Of a stretch of 58,628 bases of DNA, positions 31,338 through 40,268 are shown one piece after another. Below the pieces are notes generated by a model that did not search any database, had not been told where the DNA came from, and saw only the letters and a program-made list of their open reading frames with translations. Origin of the DNA: an uncultured Anaerolineaceae bacterium (GTDB lineage: Bacteria; Chloroflexota; Anaerolineae; Anaerolineales; E44-bin32); the NCBI GenBank assembly GCA_964517315.1, contig CAZFCJ010000006.1:1-58628 (forward strand), in the 5' to 3' direction. Each line of letters begins with the position of its first letter. Positions within the stretch are counted from its first letter, which is position 1. The translations under genes and the position numbers were made by a program.

Positions 31338-31986
31338 AATGACGATGAAGGTGCTCGTCGCCGACGACCACGCGGTGGTGCGCCGTGGGATTCGCAATAT
31401 CCTGCGGGACTCGCCCAACATGACGGTGGCCGGCGAGGCTTCTTCCGGCGAGGAAGTACTGCGCATGGTCCGCGAACAGGAGTGGAACATCCTCGTCCTG
31501 GATATCACGCTGCCGGGAATTTCGGGCCTGGAGGTCCTACGAGAAGTCAAACGCCTTCAGCCAGGGTTGCCCATCTTAATCCTCAGTATGTATGAGGCCG
31601 ACCAATTCGCGATCCGAATGCTGAAGGCCGGCGCTTCCGGTTACATCAATAAGGAAAGCACGCCCGATGTCCTGGTGGAAGCCATCCACGAGGTCACTCA
31701 AGGTCGGCGCTATTTGACTCCTGAAGTGGCGGCCGTCATGGCCGAACACATCACCGACCGCCCATCGGAACCCGATCACGAGCTGCTTTCGGATCGCGAA
31801 TTTCAAGTCATCCGCGGGCTGGCTGAAGGGCGACGCATAAAAGACATCGCTGACGATCTTTCCCTCAGTCCAAAGACCGTGAGCACCTACCGACGGCGGG
31901 CGCTGGAGAAACTCGGCCTGGATACCGATGCGGAATTGATCCGCTACGCCCTGCAGGCGGGCCTTGTCGAGCCGGAATCCGACTGA
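31330..31986 (+). CDS. NarL/FixJ-family response regulator, UvrY/GacA-like
   Basis: ADDHAVVR, LDITLPG (phospho-Asp), LSM, GYINK; HTH LSDREFQV...LSLSPKTVSTYR. Confidence 0.93.
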   Translation: MAEMTMKVLVADDHAVVRRGIRNILRDSPNMTVAGEASSGEEVLRMVREQEWNILVLDITLPGISGLEVLREVKRLQPGLPILILSMYEADQFAIRMLKAGASGYINKESTPDVLVEAIHEVTQGRRYLTPEVAAVMAEHITDRPSEPDHELLSDREFQVIRGLAEGRRIKDIADDLSLSPKTVSTYRRRALEKLGLDTDAELIRYALQAGLVEPESD

Positions 31987-32053
31987 TCGGGCCGGCCAGC
32001 TTCTCCCCCACCTCTCGCCCCAACTCTATCTAAGAAACCTCCTCGTACTTTCT

Positions 32054-32071
32054 TGTAAGAATACGCTTACA
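32054..32071. promoter_or_regulatory. GacA/UvrY-type binding box
   Basis: TGTAAG-AATACG-CTTACA palindrome; extra CTTACA half-site at 32088-32093. Confidence 0.7.
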
Positions 32072-32194
32072 GCCATATCCGGCAAAACTTACAGCCGCGC
32101 CAGTCCTTGGCTGATAGCGACTTCTTCCGTGGCTATCTATGATTGCAATAACTCAGAACCATAGGAAACCGGGCGAAGTCAGATCGTCCATTCG

Positions 32195-32422
32195 ATGGAC
32201 ATCTTCATCGCTGATCACTGAAAAATCGCTGTAGAACGGTTGGCACCAATGATCGAGAACCAGTCTGAAATGGAGAACCGCGGATATGTGGGCGATGCCC
32301 ATCCTTCAGCCCACATGATCGTCATGTTCGAGCCGGACGTGGTGAGTACCGACATCCACGCGCCGATGAACGGCTTCAGCCTGATTGAGATCTTGAGGAG
32401 GTCGAAGGAACACCGATTTTGA
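32195..32422 (+). pseudogene. Degenerate receiver-domain gene
   Basis: MDIFIADH*KIAVERLAPM...GYVGDA...EPDVVSTDIHAPMNGFSLIE; in-frame TGA 32219-32221 and a premature end. Confidence 0.6.
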
Positions 32423-32574
32423 CCGTCCATTCTCCTGTCAAGTAGGCACCAAATACTTCTTCGACAAATTTACAGGGTTCGATTCGGTTATCGGGATTCT
32501 TGGTAGCCGAGCAACTGCCCGATCTCGAAGCACTTATACCAGATGGATTTATCTATTCGAAAAGGGAGGAAGAG

Positions 32575-33276
32575 ATGACTCAGGAGGATACCCCAGCCAG
32601 GAAGATCAAGGTGCTGATCATCGACTCAGATTCCGTCCGCATCTCCAATCGGATGACGGAGTTCGCCAAATTCGGGGATTTCGGTGAGATCCGTAGCGGC
32701 CTGGGACCTGACGCCATCCACGCGTTTCCGGAGGATCAAACCTTCGACGTGTGCCTGACGAGCAGCGATCACCTCTTACCGAAAGCCCTCCATCTGCTGG
32801 TCAAAACAGCCCGGCAGCACGATCCTCGGATGAAGATCATCGTGACCGAGGCGCCCGAAGAACCCGAGCGCATCCTCCAGTACCTTGAAGCGGGTGCTTG
32901 GGCGTACGTCTGCCGATTGGCGAGCATCGATGAGCTGGCCAACCGCATCCGCAGCGCGGTCCGTGGCTCCATCCAATTCTCGCCCGCGGTGGCCGGCGCG
33001 CTGGTTGGCCGCATCCAGGAATTGAGCTCCAGGCACACCAGCGGCGTATCTTTAGTCAACGGATACGCGGAGCTCACTCCGCGCGAGCACGAGGTCCTGG
33101 CATTGATTGGTCAGCGCATGACCAATCGACAGATCGCCAAAGAGCTCGTGCTGGAGGTGGGAACGGTCAAGAACCACGTGCATAACCTGCTCAAAAAGCT
33201 CGACGTCGACAACCGCTATGAGGCAGCCGCCTACAGTTTGAGCGGCCCAGTCACGGTTCACTCGGGCAAGTATTAA
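32575..33276 (+). CDS. LuxR-family regulator with atypical receiver domain
   Basis: LTPREHEVL...TNRQIAKEL...GTVKNHVHNLLKKL HTH; receiver DVCLTSS lacks the phospho-Asp; GGGAGG RBS. Confidence 0.88.
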   Translation: MTQEDTPARKIKVLIIDSDSVRISNRMTEFAKFGDFGEIRSGLGPDAIHAFPEDQTFDVCLTSSDHLLPKALHLLVKTARQHDPRMKIIVTEAPEEPERILQYLEAGAWAYVCRLASIDELANRIRSAVRGSIQFSPAVAGALVGRIQELSSRHTSGVSLVNGYAELTPREHEVLALIGQRMTNRQIAKELVLEVGTVKNHVHNLLKKLDVDNRYEAAAYSLSGPVTVHSGKY

Positions 33277-33303
33277 CAAAGATCCGGCGAACGGGAAAAG
33301 AGG

Positions 33304-34008
33304 ATGAGCACGGTAATGGAAGGTTCAGACAAGAAAAAGGTGTTGATCATCGCGTCGAACGCCCTGCTGGCCAACCTATGGCGTTCGGCCTTCGAAGGGG
33401 ATGCCGAGTTTGAGATATTCGCCGTTGAGTCCTCCTTCGCGGATGGCTCCAACGCGCTCCGCCAGGCCGATCTCGTGCTGGTTAACGTCCTGGAGCGGGT
33501 CGAGCAGGGGCTGCAGTGGGTGGTGAAGATCAAGCTACAAGCCCCTCGCAGTCGAGTAGTAGTGTTGGGCATCCCGCGCCGGGAGCACATCCTGCTGGCC
33601 TATATCGAGGCCGGCGCGGTCGGCTTCGTCCCGGAAGATTCATCTTTAGAAGAAGCGCGCGAAGCCATGCAGGCCGCCGCGGCCGGCGCAGCTATTCTCG
33701 ATCCCCAAGTCACGCCAGCCCTCATCAACAGGCTTCACAGCTTGCAGAACGGATACCACGAACCGGACACGGCCGGGCGCCGTATAAAGCAGCTGACTCC
33801 GCGAGAGCAAGAAGTGCTCGAGCTGGTCTCCGAGAAGATGACCAATCGAGAGATTGCTAAAGAGCTGGTTATCGAATTGGGAACGGTCAAGAACCACGTG
33901 CACAGCATTCTGGAAAAGCTGGAGTTTAACAGCCGCTATGAAGCTGCGGCCTACTATCACTCGGCCCTTCGTTCCATAGATAACCCCACCAAACGGCAAG
34001 CCTCCTAG
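33304..34008 (+). CDS. LuxR-family regulator with atypical receiver domain
   Basis: LTPREQEVL...TNREIAKEL...GTVKNHVHSILEKL; receiver DLVLVNV has Asn at the Asp position. Confidence 0.9.
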   Translation: MSTVMEGSDKKKVLIIASNALLANLWRSAFEGDAEFEIFAVESSFADGSNALRQADLVLVNVLERVEQGLQWVVKIKLQAPRSRVVVLGIPRREHILLAYIEAGAVGFVPEDSSLEEAREAMQAAAAGAAILDPQVTPALINRLHSLQNGYHEPDTAGRRIKQLTPREQEVLELVSEKMTNREIAKELVIELGTVKNHVHSILEKLEFNSRYEAAAYYHSALRSIDNPTKRQAS

Positions 34009-34157
34009 TCGAGGACACAGCTTCCCAGTGTGGCGGGAACGGCGCTGTCGACTTGGGGAGACCATCGATCCGATTCCCGATGAGTCAGGATGCGCCACGG
34101 ATGGATGGCAAGAGTCACCTGAAGGGCATGAGGCTCGGATGGATCACGATAGGAGCG

Positions 34158-34604
34158 ATGGACTTGTCATTTCAAATAGAAGTACTCATGGAGATCTCGC
34201 TGGCGCTGATCTTCGGGGGCCTCATCGGACTTGAGCGGGAGCTGCGGGACAAGCCCGCCGGCTTACGAACCCACATGCTGGCTGCGGGCAGCTCCGCGTT
34301 GTTTATCGCTTTGGGGAACTACATCGTTCAAGAATTCACCTTCCCTGCTTACGTAACCACCGATCCCATTCGCATCATCCAAGCCATTATCGTCGGTATC
34401 AGCTTTTTAGGCGCCGGCACCATACTGCAGCGCAATGATGGTGGCGGAGTGGAAGGCCTGACCACGGCCGCCTCGGTGTTGGCCTCCGCCGGCGTTGGAA
34501 TCAGCTTGGCCATGCGCTTGTTCGTCATCGCTACTGGCATGACTGCGCTGATCCTCATCACCAACCGCCTCTTAGGTCTGCTGGAAGCCCGCTACCTTCA
34601 TTAG
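34158..34604 (+). CDS. MgtC/SapB family membrane protein
   Basis: GLERE..DKPAGLRTH, DPIRI, GISFLGAGTI, GLTTAAS. Confidence 0.92.
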   Translation: MDLSFQIEVLMEISLALIFGGLIGLERELRDKPAGLRTHMLAAGSSALFIALGNYIVQEFTFPAYVTTDPIRIIQAIIVGISFLGAGTILQRNDGGGVEGLTTAASVLASAGVGISLAMRLFVIATGMTALILITNRLLGLLEARYLH

Positions 34605-34664
34605 CTGGCTGAAGCGAGGTGGTCGAGAACCTCGCTCCAAGTGCACACCCTCCGTTGTGCCCGT

Positions 34665-34699
34665 GATCTATCAACCAAGCTCTGCCTTCGATCTAAATT
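34665..34699 (+). promoter_or_regulatory. Island promoter motif GATCTAT-N22-TAAATT
   Basis: Read directly, upstream of 34777. Confidence 0.6.
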
Positions 34700-34776
34700 C
34701 GAAGGGCCAAACGGCGGCCCGGCCCTGCCGGTTCGGCGGTTGCAATGAATCCAGACTTCGAAGAGGGAGGATCAAT

Positions 34777-35046
34777 ATGGTTCGACGAGAGTACGATGAT
34801 TATGAACCCGGCTTCCGCGAGGACTATGAGGAGCTCTACGAAGACACGGAATACGGATATGAACATTATGAGCGTGCCTATCGATACGGTTACGACTTGG
34901 CCACCCGCCACGGTGCCAACCGCTGGGAAGATTACGAAGAGCAAGCCCGCCGCGAATGGGAGCAGCGTGGCCAGGGGCCCTGGGAGGACTTCAAGGACGC
35001 CGTCCGGCACGCTTGGGAAGAAGTGACCGGTGAGGAGCAACAATAG
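34777..35046 (+). CDS. Small acidic, Tyr/Trp-rich conserved hypothetical protein
   Basis: GGGAGG RBS; AYRYGY...W...ARREWE...WEDFKDAVRHAWE. Confidence 0.75.
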   Translation: MVRREYDDYEPGFREDYEELYEDTEYGYEHYERAYRYGYDLATRHGANRWEDYEEQARREWEQRGQGPWEDFKDAVRHAWEEVTGEEQQ

Positions 35047-35147
35047 AAGTAACAGCAGGGCTCGCTGAAGCGGTGACGTGGATTTGGGCAGGCACCCCAC
35101 CCATTTTGGACGCGGAGGTGACTTGTCGCGATAGGGAGACGGTGGGC

Positions 35148-35330
35148 TTACGGCCTGTTTCCTTCACGATCCGCTTGCAGAAACGTGTCGGCCGCCGAGT
35201 GGATCCCTTCCGACAACATGACCGAACTTCCGGACAGCGCAGCTACGGTGAATTTGGCGACTGCGATCAGAAAGTTGGCAGCCATGGCTGCATAAACGGT
35301 CGCTGGCTTCTTGGATGACCCACCTGCCAT
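35148..35330 (-). pseudogene. N-terminal remnant of a cation diffusion facilitator
   Basis: VYAAMAANFLIAVAKFTVAALSGSSVMLSEGIHSAADT (CDF TM1-2, HxxxD) followed by an early stop. Confidence 0.75.
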
Positions 35331-35490
35331 GGTCATGCCCTCAGGGCTATGTCGTTCCGATCCTTATTCTGCCGGATATCGACCTTAAACTGGCTGCTGG
35401 AAAACACCGCCCCTCCATTAACATCGAAGGTCTCCCAGCCCCTCGAGCCCTGGATGGACCTTCCAGTGATCGCAGACGAAAAGTTTGCCG

Positions 35491-36510
35491 TCATGGCTCT
35501 TCTTCTATCGTGAACTGGACCAGGAGCGGCCGATGGTCCGAACTGCCCGACTCCGGGACCGTTCGCGCCCAAAGGGCGTGAATGAAATCGTTGTAGAAGA
35601 AATAATCCAACCGCAGGATCTGCGGCAGGGGCAGACGACGCCCGTTAGGATAGGTGAATCCCAACTCGATCTCACCCACCTCTCGAAAGGCATCCCGGTA
35701 GGAGCCTACCAGCAATTCATATTCCTCAAATTGATCGCTCATATTGAAATCCCCGACCAGGATCAGCGGCCCTTTCACCTGACGGGCGTGTTCGACGATG
35801 CGATTCAATTCGAGCGTGTGCGGCCGGGCGTTGAAGCCACGCTCGGGGGCGTAGGGCGGCACCGGATGGGTGTTGATGACGGTCAAAGTTTGGCCATCCA
35901 CCTCCAACTCTACGTACTGGTGGCCCAGTTTCGCTTCGAGATCCTCGAACCGGACGTACCTATCCCGCCTGATCGGAATACGGCTGAGCAACCCCTGGCC
36001 CGCGTGATCCTGCTGGCGGGGGTGAAGCGCCTGATGCGGGTAATCGTGCTCGAACTCCTGCTTAAAAAACCGGGCCGCCTCCGGACTGACCTCTTGAAGC
36101 GCCACAATGTCCGGCGCGGTGTCCCTGAGGATGGCCCCTAGGGAATCGAACTCGTCCTGGGTGAATTGGATGTTGAAAGACATCAGGCGAATGCCGTGCC
36201 CACCCCCTGCCGGCTGATCGCCCCGGGGCAGCAGAAAAGCGCCATAGTAGGCGAAGAACCCCACGAAGGCGGGGAAAAGAAGGGCGCTCAGTCGCCAGCG
36301 CCTGAGCAGTAAAGCCAGGGGTAGAAAGAGCAGCGCCGGTAGCATCATCAGGCTGAAGAAAGTGCGGACCAAACCCACCAGGGGATTGGCCTCCGTGAAA
36401 AGCAAATTGGCCGACAGCACCAGGATCAAGCAGCCACCGTAGGCCGCCAAGATCCAAGATAGCACCTTTTCAACGCCGCTTCGAAAGCGTTCCGCGCTGG
36501 AGGTCTTCAT
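35491..36510 (-). CDS. Endonuclease/exonuclease/phosphatase family membrane-anchored protein
   Basis: N-terminal TMs; SFN, ALQE, GDFN, RLDY, SDHRP. Confidence 0.9.
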   Translation of the reverse strand: MKTSSAERFRSGVEKVLSWILAAYGGCLILVLSANLLFTEANPLVGLVRTFFSLMMLPALLFLPLALLLRRWRLSALLFPAFVGFFAYYGAFLLPRGDQPAGGGHGIRLMSFNIQFTQDEFDSLGAILRDTAPDIVALQEVSPEAARFFKQEFEHDYPHQALHPRQQDHAGQGLLSRIPIRRDRYVRFEDLEAKLGHQYVELEVDGQTLTVINTHPVPPYAPERGFNARPHTLELNRIVEHARQVKGPLILVGDFNMSDQFEEYELLVGSYRDAFREVGEIELGFTYPNGRRLPLPQILRLDYFFYNDFIHALWARTVPESGSSDHRPLLVQFTIEEEP

Positions 36511-36610
36511 TCCATCAGGGTAATCTCGAATCCTGTCGGGTCCTGTTCCACGCGAGATTCAGGCTGACCCTTGGTTTTGTTGGCGTTGCAAATATCATCA
36601 GCGGGCTGGA

Positions 36611-37525
36611 TCAGTGACCGATGGTGGAGCCGGCCGGCACGATGACCGGAATGCGCCGCGGCAGGATCTTGACTCGAATGGGCAGCCTTCCAATAATGTC
36701 GCCATCACCCTGGACCACCATCGTGGAGGCGCCGTGGATGTCAACCTCGGTGATGTCCCGCGCCTGGATCCACGACTCCAGACCTTCGGGATTCCCTTTG
36801 AGCGACTGCACCGTCCGCTCAGGGATGGAACCCCCGCCCAAGGTCACCAGGCGCAGGCTGCCATCGTCGGGGCTTATCCTTCCTCCGAGCAGAGCTTCGG
36901 GCAAGCCTGTGATCCCCATATTCAAGACGGCCACCTCCATGAAGACGTCGCGGATTCGGCTGCAACCTAAATCCAAGGTGATCGGCTGCGGAACGAAATC
37001 GAAAGCGCTCTTGGCACCTTTTAGATAGTAGGCAAATAAACCGTAGCGCGCTTTGTCCCCCGCTCCCGTCCACTCCATCGATTGCGCGCTGACCCCGACG
37101 CTCAAGGATATGAGAAAGACCCGGTCGTTACAATAAATCGCATCCAGCCGGCGCACTTCATGACCTTCCCTTAGTAATTCCAACGCCGCCTCCACCTTCA
37201 GGGGGATGCCGAGCTGGCGGGCAACTCCATTGGCCGTTCCAATCGGCAAAATGCCCAGCGGCAACTCCTGATCCAGCAGCGCGCTCGCCACCCGGGAGAC
37301 TGTCCCGTCGCCGCCGGCTACCAGCACTCGCCCGGTGTCCGCTTGACGCATATCTTCCAAGACCGGCCTGAGATCCTCGTTGCCATTGGTGGTGTGAATG
37401 TGGATGGGCTCGGAATGGGAATCGGCCCAAGCCCGAAGCTCTTGGCGAATGTCAGCTCGCCCGCCGCCGGACTTGGGATTCAAGATCACCCCGGTCGCTC
37501 TCTTGCGAACGTCCTTTCTTATCAT
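36611..37525 (-). CDS. Diacylglycerol kinase family (YegS/BmrU) lipid kinase
   Basis: NPKSG, AGGDGT, LPIGTAN, QGDGD. Confidence 0.9.
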   Translation of the reverse strand: MIRKDVRKRATGVILNPKSGGGRADIRQELRAWADSHSEPIHIHTTNGNEDLRPVLEDMRQADTGRVLVAGGDGTVSRVASALLDQELPLGILPIGTANGVARQLGIPLKVEAALELLREGHEVRRLDAIYCNDRVFLISLSVGVSAQSMEWTGAGDKARYGLFAYYLKGAKSAFDFVPQPITLDLGCSRIRDVFMEVAVLNMGITGLPEALLGGRISPDDGSLRLVTLGGGSIPERTVQSLKGNPEGLESWIQARDITEVDIHGASTMVVQGDGDIIGRLPIRVKILPRRIPVIVPAGSTIGH

Positions 37526-37555
37526 GAGGAAGTACTTCCGAGACCGCAGGTCGGC

Positions 37556-37759
37556 TCAATCGCTTTCCTTCTTGACCCAGCGGTCCCCTTCCTTCTTGTA
37601 CTCCTTTTTAACCGCGCTCCAGGCCACCTTGTGGGCCGTAGCCTCATCGTCGTATTGTTGGCTGGCGCTGTTGTATGCCTCCTTGTAGATTTCCTGCGCG
37701 TGACTGGGCAAGTTGTCCTTCACTGAATCGGGCAAATCTGTTTTGCTGTCATAGACCAT
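37556..37759 (-). CDS. chaB: ChaB family protein
   Basis: DLPDSVKDNLPSHAQEIYKEAYNSA...AHKVAWSAVKKEY. Confidence 0.93.
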   Translation of the reverse strand: MVYDSKTDLPDSVKDNLPSHAQEIYKEAYNSASQQYDDEATAHKVAWSAVKKEYKKEGDRWVKKESD

Positions 37760-37791
37760 GCTCCACCTCCGAATTTATTCGGCACGACTCC

Positions 37792-37826
37792 AGCCTAATG
37801 CTGGCGGGAAAATCCTTCGATAGATC
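37792..37826 (-). promoter_or_regulatory. Island promoter motif GATCTAT-N22-TAGGCT (chaB)
   Basis: Read directly; preceded by TACCTC as at 46162. Confidence 0.6.
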
Positions 37827-37887
37827 GAGGTAACAATCGTGAAAACAAGAGATACAGACAGGAACGAACCTCGAGCGGCCAAGGGAT

Positions 37888-38445
37888 CTACGTAGTCTGT
37901 TGGGTGGACTCTTCTCCGTCCTCGACGACCACATCGCTGTCACGGGTGGGGTGGTAGGCGATAATCAAATCTTGCACAGCTTCGTAGAGCATAAGGATGG
38001 TGCCAATGAACAGGCCAGTAATCCCTGCCACCGTGACCAGGAGGACGTAGTACAGGATGTCGAACCAGGGACCTGGCAGCGCCTGTCGTTCTTCCAGCGG
38101 AAAGTTAAAGATCAGCAAGAGGAGGATGCTGCCCGCGAGAGCGACCGTGTCGAGCCGTGCTATGTTTCGAACCTGCCTAAAAAAGCGAGCCTCCAATTGC
38201 TTGGAACTGCCACTGCTGATGCTGATAATGGTGAGCATCAAGGCCAAAATCGTCGCGGAGGCGGTGACGATGCTGGAGGCCAGAAACCTCGAAGCAGGAA
38301 GGAGTGAATTCAGGAATGTCAACGCCTGACTTTCGGAGTAGGCCAAGCCCACCAGGAATTGACCGGCCAAGACGATCGCCCCGGTGATGAGACCGCCCAG
38401 CAGGGCTCGCTTGCCGCCAACAAAGAACAACGCCGACTCCTTCAT
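37888..38445 (-). CDS. Hypothetical 4-TM membrane protein
   Basis: GGAGGAG RBS; four hydrophobic segments; ASATILALMLT. Confidence 0.7.
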   Translation of the reverse strand: MKESALFFVGGKRALLGGLITGAIVLAGQFLVGLAYSESQALTFLNSLLPASRFLASSIVTASATILALMLTIISISSGSSKQLEARFFRQVRNIARLDTVALAGSILLLLIFNFPLEERQALPGPWFDILYYVLLVTVAGITGLFIGTILMLYEAVQDLIIAYHPTRDSDVVVEDGEESTQQTT

Positions 38446-38541
38446 ATGCTCCTCCACTTCCACCGCCCGATGGGCCTGTTACAACTCTTCGACTCGCCCT
38501 TTGAATTCCTTCCATCGCGCTCATTCCGCCTTATCTCCCTC

Positions 38542-39087
38542 TTAACCTGAGTCCTCTCCAGCTTTCGGAGCCACGTCGGCGAGCGGAGCTTTCCGGTTCC
38601 CCTCCGGGGCCTCCAATCGCACTGTCGCGCCGATGACAATGGCGGCAGCGATCAGCACCGAGTTCTTCACCATGTATTGACCTTCCAGTGTCAGGATGAA
38701 GGGGAAACTCTGCCAGACGGCGGAGGGCTCCAGCATGACCGGCGAAATGGAGCCGAGAATCTGGACACTCATCAGCAGAATTGTGAGGCGCAAAAACAAC
38801 CCGGTAGCGAACCCCAATCCGATCAATATTTCCAACACTCCCACCATGGGGACGAAGAAATCTCCAGGCAAAAATTCGAAGGACCGACGGATCAACTCGC
38901 TCGCCGGACTGGCGTTCGGTATGAGCTTGAGGGCTCCGAACCATAGATAGACCAGCCCGAGGGACAGGCGGAGGAGCAGCAGGCCGCGGCCCGCCATCCA
39001 TGAGGTTATGCGCCGATCCAATCGGTCAAAGCCCGGGCCAAACAGGCGACGGTAAAAATCGGTGATTCTATCCCTGGTGTTCATCAT
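38542..39087 (-). CDS. DoxX/DUF417-like membrane protein
   Basis: LLRLSLGLVYLWFGALK...SPA...GVLEILIG...TLEGQYMVKN; start uncertain. Confidence 0.8.
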   Translation of the reverse strand: MMNTRDRITDFYRRLFGPGFDRLDRRITSWMAGRGLLLLRLSLGLVYLWFGALKLIPNASPASELIRRSFEFLPGDFFVPMVGVLEILIGLGFATGLFLRLTILLMSVQILGSISPVMLEPSAVWQSFPFILTLEGQYMVKNSVLIAAAIVIGATVRLEAPEGNRKAPLADVAPKAGEDSG

Positions 39088-39115
39088 CCAACTCATGCTC
39101 CGTTCAGCCAAACTC

Positions 39116-39150
39116 AATGTATGAAAGCCTTGCCCAATCCGCCATGTACC
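39116..39150 (-). promoter_or_regulatory. Island promoter motif variant GGTACAT-N22-TACATT
   Basis: Read directly, upstream of the DoxX gene. Confidence 0.5.
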
Positions 39151-39378
39151 GTGGATAGAGATCGATAACGATCGCTCACCCAATTCCCGGGTTGGGACGG
39201 GATCCTCACGATCGAGGAAGGTAACAAACCCTCATGGTTACCTCCGAGCGGCCGACTGTATCTCAGCATCTATCCAATTCCGCCCATCGATACATTCCCA
39301 AGAGCGCGTGACACCGTGAGGATGGACCAGCCAACCTTCCCCACTTGTGGCACTGGGATCAACGATTCGGATTCCCCC

Positions 39379-39912
39379 ATGAACTCTGAGAACCCACCGC
39401 CGGGTTGGGATAACAACCCCTCTTCTTGGCGAGACCGCCTGCCCATTATCGGTTTATCTGTTTGGGGATTTTTGATCGCCGGCTACCTGACTCTCTTCCA
39501 AGTCGACGTGATCACAACCGTCTGGGAACCCTTCTTTGGTGATGGCAGCCGCACCGTTCTAAATTCCCGGTTTTCACGGGTGCTTCCCGTTCCCGATGCC
39601 GCCTTGGGGGCCTTTGGGTACCTGTTGGATGCGGTGACCGGGGCCGTCGGCTCCCCCCATCGCTGGCGCCGGATGCCCTGGATTGTCATCCTCTTTGGAA
39701 TAGCCGTCGGCCCGCTGGGTTTGATCAGTATGACCTTGGTCATCATTCAGCCGGTCCTCCTCGACGCCTGGTGCAGCCTGTGTTTGCTGTCAGCGTTGGT
39801 TTCGGCCCTGATGATCGGCCCGGCGATGGATGAAGTGCTCGCCAGCCTGCAATTCTTGAAACGAGTGGATCGGGATCGATCTCTCTGGCGGGCCTTCTGG
39901 GGGATGTCATGA
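39379..39912 (+). CDS. Vitamin K epoxide reductase (VKOR) family protein
   Basis: PPGWDNNPS, VLNS, PDAALG, WCSLC (CxxC). Confidence 0.85.
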   Translation: MNSENPPPGWDNNPSSWRDRLPIIGLSVWGFLIAGYLTLFQVDVITTVWEPFFGDGSRTVLNSRFSRVLPVPDAALGAFGYLLDAVTGAVGSPHRWRRMPWIVILFGIAVGPLGLISMTLVIIQPVLLDAWCSLCLLSALVSALMIGPAMDEVLASLQFLKRVDRDRSLWRAFWGMS

Positions 39913-40268
39913 TCGCTCGTCTGCTCTCCTTGGCATTGGGACTCTGGCTGATGGCCGCGCCAGCGGTCCTCAACTACGGGCCACCGTTAGCCACCAGCGA
40001 CCGGATCATCGGCCCGCTCATCGCCACCGTCTCCATCATCGCGATCTCCGAGGCGACACGCGGGCTGCGTTGGGTTCCGCTTCCCGCTGGGCTGTGGTTG
40101 GTAACGTCGCCCTTGGTCATGAGCGGCTATGACCTGACAATGTTGTTCCACCACGCCTTGGTGGGTTTAGGGCTGGCTGCGCTTGCATTCTCCGGCGGCG
40201 ACATCCAGGGGCGTTACGGCGGCGGCTGGTCCGCCTTGTGGGCGGACGAGAAAGAGGCCGGTTCATGA
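39909..40268 (+). CDS. SPW-repeat membrane protein
   Basis: GLWLMAAP and GLWLVTSP repeats; RYGGGW tail; ATGA overlap with VKOR. Confidence 0.8.
   Translation: MIARLLSLALGLWLMAAPAVLNYGPPLATSDRIIGPLIATVSIIAISEATRGLRWVPLPAGLWLVTSPLVMSGYDLTMLFHHALVGLGLAALAFSGGDIQGRYGGGWSALWADEKEAGS

Noticed and set aside
32219-32221. Second in-frame TGA as possible selenocysteine
   Set aside because: It falls in a receiver acidic-pocket region with no Cys/redox motif, and the ORF is otherwise degenerate; treated as a pseudogene
32100-32570. CsrB/RsmZ-like sRNA downstream of the GacA box
   Set aside because: No run of GGA hairpin repeats or clear terminator; the region translates as a receiver remnant
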